Assembly: GCF_035285525.1 (NCBI RefSeq)
Contig: NZ_JAYKGW010000215.1
Location: forward strand, 1 to 26,403
Direction of reading: 5' to 3'
From: Okeania sp.
Lineage (GTDB): Bacteria; Cyanobacteriota; Cyanobacteriia; Cyanobacteriales; Microcoleaceae
Length of the DNA: 26,403 nucleotides
The stretch's first letter is position 1. Every line of letters starts with the position of its first letter. The notes under the pieces are model-generated. The model was not told where the DNA came from. It saw only the letters and a list, made by a program, of their open reading frames with translations, and did no database searches. The position numbers were made by a program, and so were the translations under genes. Positions 22,775 to 26,403 of the stretch are shown here, one piece after another.

Positions 22775-25198
22775 ATGAAAATTCTTTCTAATTATCAATT
22801 ATCCATTATCAATTATCCATCATCAAAGCCAGTACCAGAAAATTCTATTCTATTAAGAATATTAGTACAAGCATTAGTAATAGTAGGAATATTAGCAGTT
22901 GATGTGGCTGCCGGGGTAGCAACAGATGAACTACCTTTAACACTTTGGGCAGCACCCCTAAGCATTGTCGGCGCAATTTGGAGTTGGTACAATCGCTACA
23001 AAAAGAATATACCAATTAAATTTTGTTTATCCATCGGAATGTTATTAGCATTGGCTAATTTTTTGAGCAAATTAATTACTCAATTAAGTGATACTAGACT
23101 CATATTAGCTGAATTATTAATCCAACTTCAAGTATTACATAGTTTTGATATACCCAGGCGCAAAGACCTGGGTTATTCTATGGTTATCGGATTAATATTA
23201 TTAGGAGTTGCAGCTACCATTAGTCAAACTTTAACCTACGGACCAGTCTTATTACTATTTGTTGTTATAGCCATTCCTTGTCTAATATTAGATTACCGTT
23301 CTCGGTTAGTAGGGACGTTGCATCCAACCTCACTACAAGAGTCAAGCATTTCTCACCATAAATCAGAAAATTCTCAGCTAAAACAGCGACGAAAAATTTC
23401 TCTATTAAGTGCTACTTTATCTCCTCAAAGATTAACAATATTATTGTTAGTAATTATTGGCTTGGGTATGACAATATTTGCTTTTTTACCAAGGTTGCCT
23501 GGTTATCAATTACGAACTTTTCCTATCAGCTCTCCCATTAACATTGATATCAGCAACTTTGACGGGCAAACTATTAGTAACCCTGGTTATATTGGTCAGG
23601 GTAGTGGTAGTGGAGATGGTTCTAGAAGTGGAAATGGAACAAATCCTGAATCAGGTCCGGGAACTTTAGATACTACTTATTATTATGGATTTAATACTAA
23701 GATAAATCAAAATTTACGGGGGCAATTAAATCCTCAAGTTGTCATGCGAGTTAGGTCGCAAGCTGAAGGTTTTTGGCGAGTTTTAGCTTTTGATAAATAC
23801 ACTGGTGAAGGTTGGGAAATTTCGAGAAATGATAAAGTTATTACTTTAAATCGTCCCCCTTGGTCTTATCAATTTCATGTTAATTGGCAACGGAAAAATA
23901 TTTATGAAAATGAAACCAAGGAAGTTATTCAAAGTTATACAGTAGTTTCTCAGTTACCAAATTTAATTCCGGCTTTATATGAAGCTAAAGAAGTATATTT
24001 TCCCACCGAAAAAATAGCAATTGACCTTGATGGAAATTTGCGTTCTCCCCTAGAACTTCGAGAGGGTTTAACCTATACAGTAATTTCTGATGTTCCTTAT
24101 CGAGACCGGACTATTTTAGGTGATGCAGGAACAAATTATCCCCAAAATATTAGTGAATATTATTTACAAATTCCTCCGGAAATTGCTGAAAAAGTTAGAC
24201 AAAAAACTGAGGAAATTTTAGCTAATAAAAATAAGGTTGCTAAAGATAGTCAACCTATTAATTCTGTTTACGAAAAAGTACTTTATTTAGCACAATATCT
24301 GAAGCAAAACCCTAATTATAAACTTCAGAAATCACCGCCATTTTTAGCGGAAGGTGAAGATTTAGTTTCGGCATTTTTATTCGGTTATGAAAATAGTTTG
24401 GAAGGGGAAAAAATTACGGGTGGTTATGGCGACCATTTTTCGACTGTTCTGACAATAATGTTACGTTCTATTGGGATTCCGGCTCGGTTAGTTGGTGGTT
24501 ATGCTCCTGGAGAATTTAATCCTTTTACTGGTTTATATGTGGTAAAAAATACGGATGCTTATATGATGACTGAGGTATATTTTCCTGGATATGGATGGTT
24601 CGCTTTTAATCCGATTCCGGGAATGCCATTAATTCCTCCCTCTATTGAAATAGGGTTTGGAGACCAAACCACTACTGTCTTAATGGTTTTTTGGAAGTGG
24701 GTCGCTGGTTGGTTGCCTTCTCCCGTAACTGGTTTTTTGGAAAAGTTTATTGGTGGAATATTCGGTTGGATATTAGGAATTATTAGTTGGTTTTTTGCCT
24801 TATTTTCTAAAGGTTGGCAAGGGATATTTGGGGGGTTAATTTTAGGTACTGCCTTTGGTTTTTTGGGTTGGCTATTGTATATTTTTTGGCGGAGGTGGCG
24901 TTATGGTCGTTGGTTAGCTGGTTTATCTCCGATGGAGAGTATCTATCAACAAATGTTGAGTTTAATGGCGGACAAGGGATTAGTTAAACGTGGTTTTCAG
25001 ACGCCTTTTGAGTATAGTAATTATATCAGGGAACAGGGAATAGGGAGCAGGGAACAGGGAGAAATAGTAGAAGAAATTTCACGAGATTATGTGGGATGGC
25101 GTTATGGTAGTAAGGAAGTTAATTTAGGTAGATTGAAAAGTTTATTACGCAGCTTGAAGAAAAGTCAAAATTCCAAGAAAAATAGAACCATGAACTAG
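22775..25198 (+). CDS. TgpA-like membrane protein with a transglutaminase-like core (N-terminal multi-TM domain, TGase-like fold, C-terminal TM plus DUF4129-like tail); the catalytic triad appears substituted
   Basis: The 807-aa ORF has N-terminal helices up to about residue 250 and a Gly/Ser-rich linker, GSGSGDGSRSGNG. The core GGYGDHFSTVLTIMLRSIGIPARLVGGYAPGEFNPFTGLYVVKNTDAYMMTEVYFPGYGWFAFNP is collinear with the TgpA-type motif G-x-C-x-x-F...GIPAR.V.GY...DAHAW.EV...GW...DP. Confidence 0.85.
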   Translation: MKILSNYQLSIINYPSSKPVPENSILLRILVQALVIVGILAVDVAAGVATDELPLTLWAAPLSIVGAIWSWYNRYKKNIPIKFCLSIGMLLALANFLSKLITQLSDTRLILAELLIQLQVLHSFDIPRRKDLGYSMVIGLILLGVAATISQTLTYGPVLLLFVVIAIPCLILDYRSRLVGTLHPTSLQESSISHHKSENSQLKQRRKISLLSATLSPQRLTILLLVIIGLGMTIFAFLPRLPGYQLRTFPISSPINIDISNFDGQTISNPGYIGQGSGSGDGSRSGNGTNPESGPGTLDTTYYYGFNTKINQNLRGQLNPQVVMRVRSQAEGFWRVLAFDKYTGEGWEISRNDKVITLNRPPWSYQFHVNWQRKNIYENETKEVIQSYTVVSQLPNLIPALYEAKEVYFPTEKIAIDLDGNLRSPLELREGLTYTVISDVPYRDRTILGDAGTNYPQNISEYYLQIPPEIAEKVRQKTEEILANKNKVAKDSQPINSVYEKVLYLAQYLKQNPNYKLQKSPPFLAEGEDLVSAFLFGYENSLEGEKITGGYGDHFSTVLTIMLRSIGIPARLVGGYAPGEFNPFTGLYVVKNTDAYMMTEVYFPGYGWFAFNPIPGMPLIPPSIEIGFGDQTTTVLMVFWKWVAGWLPSPVTGFLEKFIGGIFGWILGIISWFFALFSKGWQGIFGGLILGTAFGFLGWLLYIFWRRWRYGRWLAGLSPMESIYQQMLSLMADKGLVKRGFQTPFEYSNYIREQGIGSREQGEIVEEISRDYVGWRYGSKEVNLGRLKSLLRSLKKSQNSKKNRTMN

Positions 25199-25202
25199 GC
25201 AA

Positions 25203-25235
25203 AGAAACCCGGTTTCTTGAAGAAACCGGGTTTCT
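25203..25235. terminator. Bidirectional hairpin between the convergent TgpA-like and K+ channel genes
   Basis: A perfect 15-bp inverted repeat AGAAACCCGGTTTCT (25203-25217) / AGAAACCGGGTTTCT (25221-25235) has a 3-nt loop. It lies 5 nt after one stop and 16 nt after the other. Neither side has a U-tract, so terminator function is an inference. The same 15-mer occurs at 366-380. Confidence 0.5.
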
Positions 25236-25250
25236 AGGATCAGTCCAGAA

Positions 25251-26045
25251 TTATTCGTTATTCATTATCAATTCTGTTCCACACATTTTACAGAATTTAG
25301 CATCAATATCATGGGCATAAAAACCACAATGACTACAAACTTTTTCTGTTTTATTAGTTGTTTTTAGAAGTTGTTTAATTAAATCTCCAAGTTGGGAAGG
25401 AATTAAACTAATGCCTATTAATATCATTAATACGGTTAATAAACGACCTTTTTCTGAAATAGGAGTTACATCACCAAATCCCACAGTTGTCATTGTGACT
25501 ACTGAAAAATATACAGCATCTAAAAAAGTTTTAAATGATTTAGGATTGACAGAATGTTCTACTTGATAAATTAAACCAGAGAAGATAAAAATTATTGAAA
25601 ATAATGTTAATAATATCCTAGCAAAAATAACTCCATCTTCTGTACCAATCCGAAATATATAGATTTGAAATTTCAGAAATCTAATTAGTTTTAAAATTCG
25701 GAACCATCTGATTATTCTCAGAAAACTAAGTTCCAAAATTCCTGGAAATATTGGTAAAATCGCTAATAGATCAATTAGAGAAAAAAAGTTAAAAATAAAC
25801 TTTATTTTGTTGTCTGCAAGCCAAAATCTCAGTAAGTATTCAATAGCAAAACATACTAAAATTGAATCATCTATTAGTTCTAATATCCTGAATAATTCCT
25901 CTGGAATTGGATAGGTTTCTGCAACAAATATGGCTGAAGACAGTAAAATAAAAAAGAGTAAAATCAAGTTAATGGTTTTACCGATAGGAGTTTCAATGTC
26001 TTCTAAATAAAATTTCAGGGTTTGTTTGGTTGGTATAGGTGACAT
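25251..26045 (-). CDS. Voltage-gated-type (6-TM) potassium channel with a C-terminal zinc-ribbon
   Basis: This 264-aa ORF has an S4-like RIIRWFRILKLIRFLK and a K+ selectivity filter TMTTVGFGD. Its C-terminal CSHCGFYAHDIDAKFCKMCG is a CxxC-N12-CxxC motif. Confidence 0.88.
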   Translation of the reverse strand: MSPIPTKQTLKFYLEDIETPIGKTINLILLFFILLSSAIFVAETYPIPEELFRILELIDDSILVCFAIEYLLRFWLADNKIKFIFNFFSLIDLLAILPIFPGILELSFLRIIRWFRILKLIRFLKFQIYIFRIGTEDGVIFARILLTLFSIIFIFSGLIYQVEHSVNPKSFKTFLDAVYFSVVTMTTVGFGDVTPISEKGRLLTVLMILIGISLIPSQLGDLIKQLLKTTNKTEKVCSHCGFYAHDIDAKFCKMCGTELIMNNE

Positions 26046-26075
26046 TTCAGTTATCAGTTATCAGTTATTAGTTAC
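26046..26075. repeat. AGTTATC heptamer array abutting the K+ channel start codon
   Basis: ttcagttatcagttatcagttattagttac starts immediately after the CAT (26043-26045). In the gene's sense it reads ...ATAACTGATAACTGATAACTGAA-ATG. Confidence 0.9.
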
Positions 26076-26163
26076 TCATTATTTTTAATCTTATGCTCCA
26101 GAGCAATAATGATCAAACTAGATTCTAATTATAAACAGGTTATAGCAGTTTTAACGGTTAACT

Positions 26164-26403
26164 TGGCGGGTTTAGTAATATCAATGTTGAATTTTGGGGG
26201 GCGGGTTTAGCAATATTAATGTTGGATTTAAGGGATGGGTTTAGCAATATTAACGTTGGATTTAAGGGATGGGTTTAGCAATATTAATGCTGACTTTCTA
26301 TATTTATTAATCAACCTGCCCCTAGATTTTTTGACTCTGACTTTGGGGGGCAGGTTTAGGAATATTAATGCTGACTTTCTATATTTATTAATCAACCTGC
26401 CCC
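26164..26403. repeat. Head-to-tail array of 34-35-nt half-hairpin units ending in two complete GGGG(C/T)(A/G)GGTTTAG...AACCTGCCCC hairpin elements; truncated by the window end
   Basis: GGGTTTAG(C/T)AATAT(T/C)AA(T/C)G starts at 26168, 26203, 26237 and 26271. The complete elements run 26266-26322 and 26345-26403, with a 10-bp stem and an AT-rich loop of about 40 nt. Confidence 0.8.

Noticed and set aside
22775-22830. Heptamer-like repeats (AATTATC units) inside the first 18 codons of the TgpA-like ORF, suggesting a mis-called start
   Set aside because: There is no alternative in-frame ATG before residue ~88, and the only in-frame GTG would remove the first TM helix. I kept ATG 22775 but flag the N-terminus as uncertain.
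23478-23669. 63-aa ORF in an alternative plus-strand frame
   Set aside because: It is nested out of frame inside the 807-aa TgpA-like CDS and overlaps its Gly/Ser-rich linker, so it is a low-complexity artefact.
26164-26300. CRISPR-like regular 34-35-nt repeats
   Set aside because: The units are directly adjacent with no unique spacers, they are arms of a hairpin repeat family, and no cas genes are in the window.

Overview
This is a chromosomal stretch from a filamentous, heterocyst-type (Nostocales-like) cyanobacterium. It is AT-rich, carries at least six HIP1 octamers (GCGATCGC, e.g. 1886-1893, 1946-1953, 7338-7345), has heptamer STRR-type arrays in almost every intergenic gap, and contains the marker genes psbC, cyanoP, pam68, hetZ and patU. 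I support 17 protein genes: psbC 3' end, a HetZ-family paralogue, DAHP synthase, PAM68, rpsO, ruvA, an MFS transporter, CyanoP, maf, a type II peroxiredoxin, murI, solanesyl-diphosphate synthase, a 157-aa hypothetical, hetZ, patU, a TgpA-like membrane protein and a 6-TM K+ channel. I also list one speculative 39-aa ORF and a decayed xisH/xisI pair. I found no rRNA, tRNA, CRISPR array, transposase, integrase or recognisable defence or toxin cassette, so I do not see a convincing new multi-gene system here. The unusual part is the non-coding fraction. Credible CDSs sum to roughly 14.6 kb of 26.4 kb (about 55 percent). The remainder is packed with several families of small hairpin or MITE-like repeats, heptamer arrays and local tandem duplications. 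The most check-worthy observations are: (1) the hetZ-patU cassette plus a second HetZ-family gene with the same double-HTH tail; (2) a TgpA-like protein whose Cys-His-Asp triad positions read Gly-Tyr-Asn; (3) a 22-nt palindromic repeat sitting in frame inside that CDS, and a 15-nt palindrome in an apparently extended loop of sds; (4) extra copies of the 3' coding ends of rpsO and of the 157-aa ORF inside repeat arrays; (5) heptamer arrays that abut start codons in a consistent sense orientation; (6) a 2.7-kb gene-free interval between murI and sds. All homology calls come from recognising motifs by eye and from memory of the families, not from database searches.
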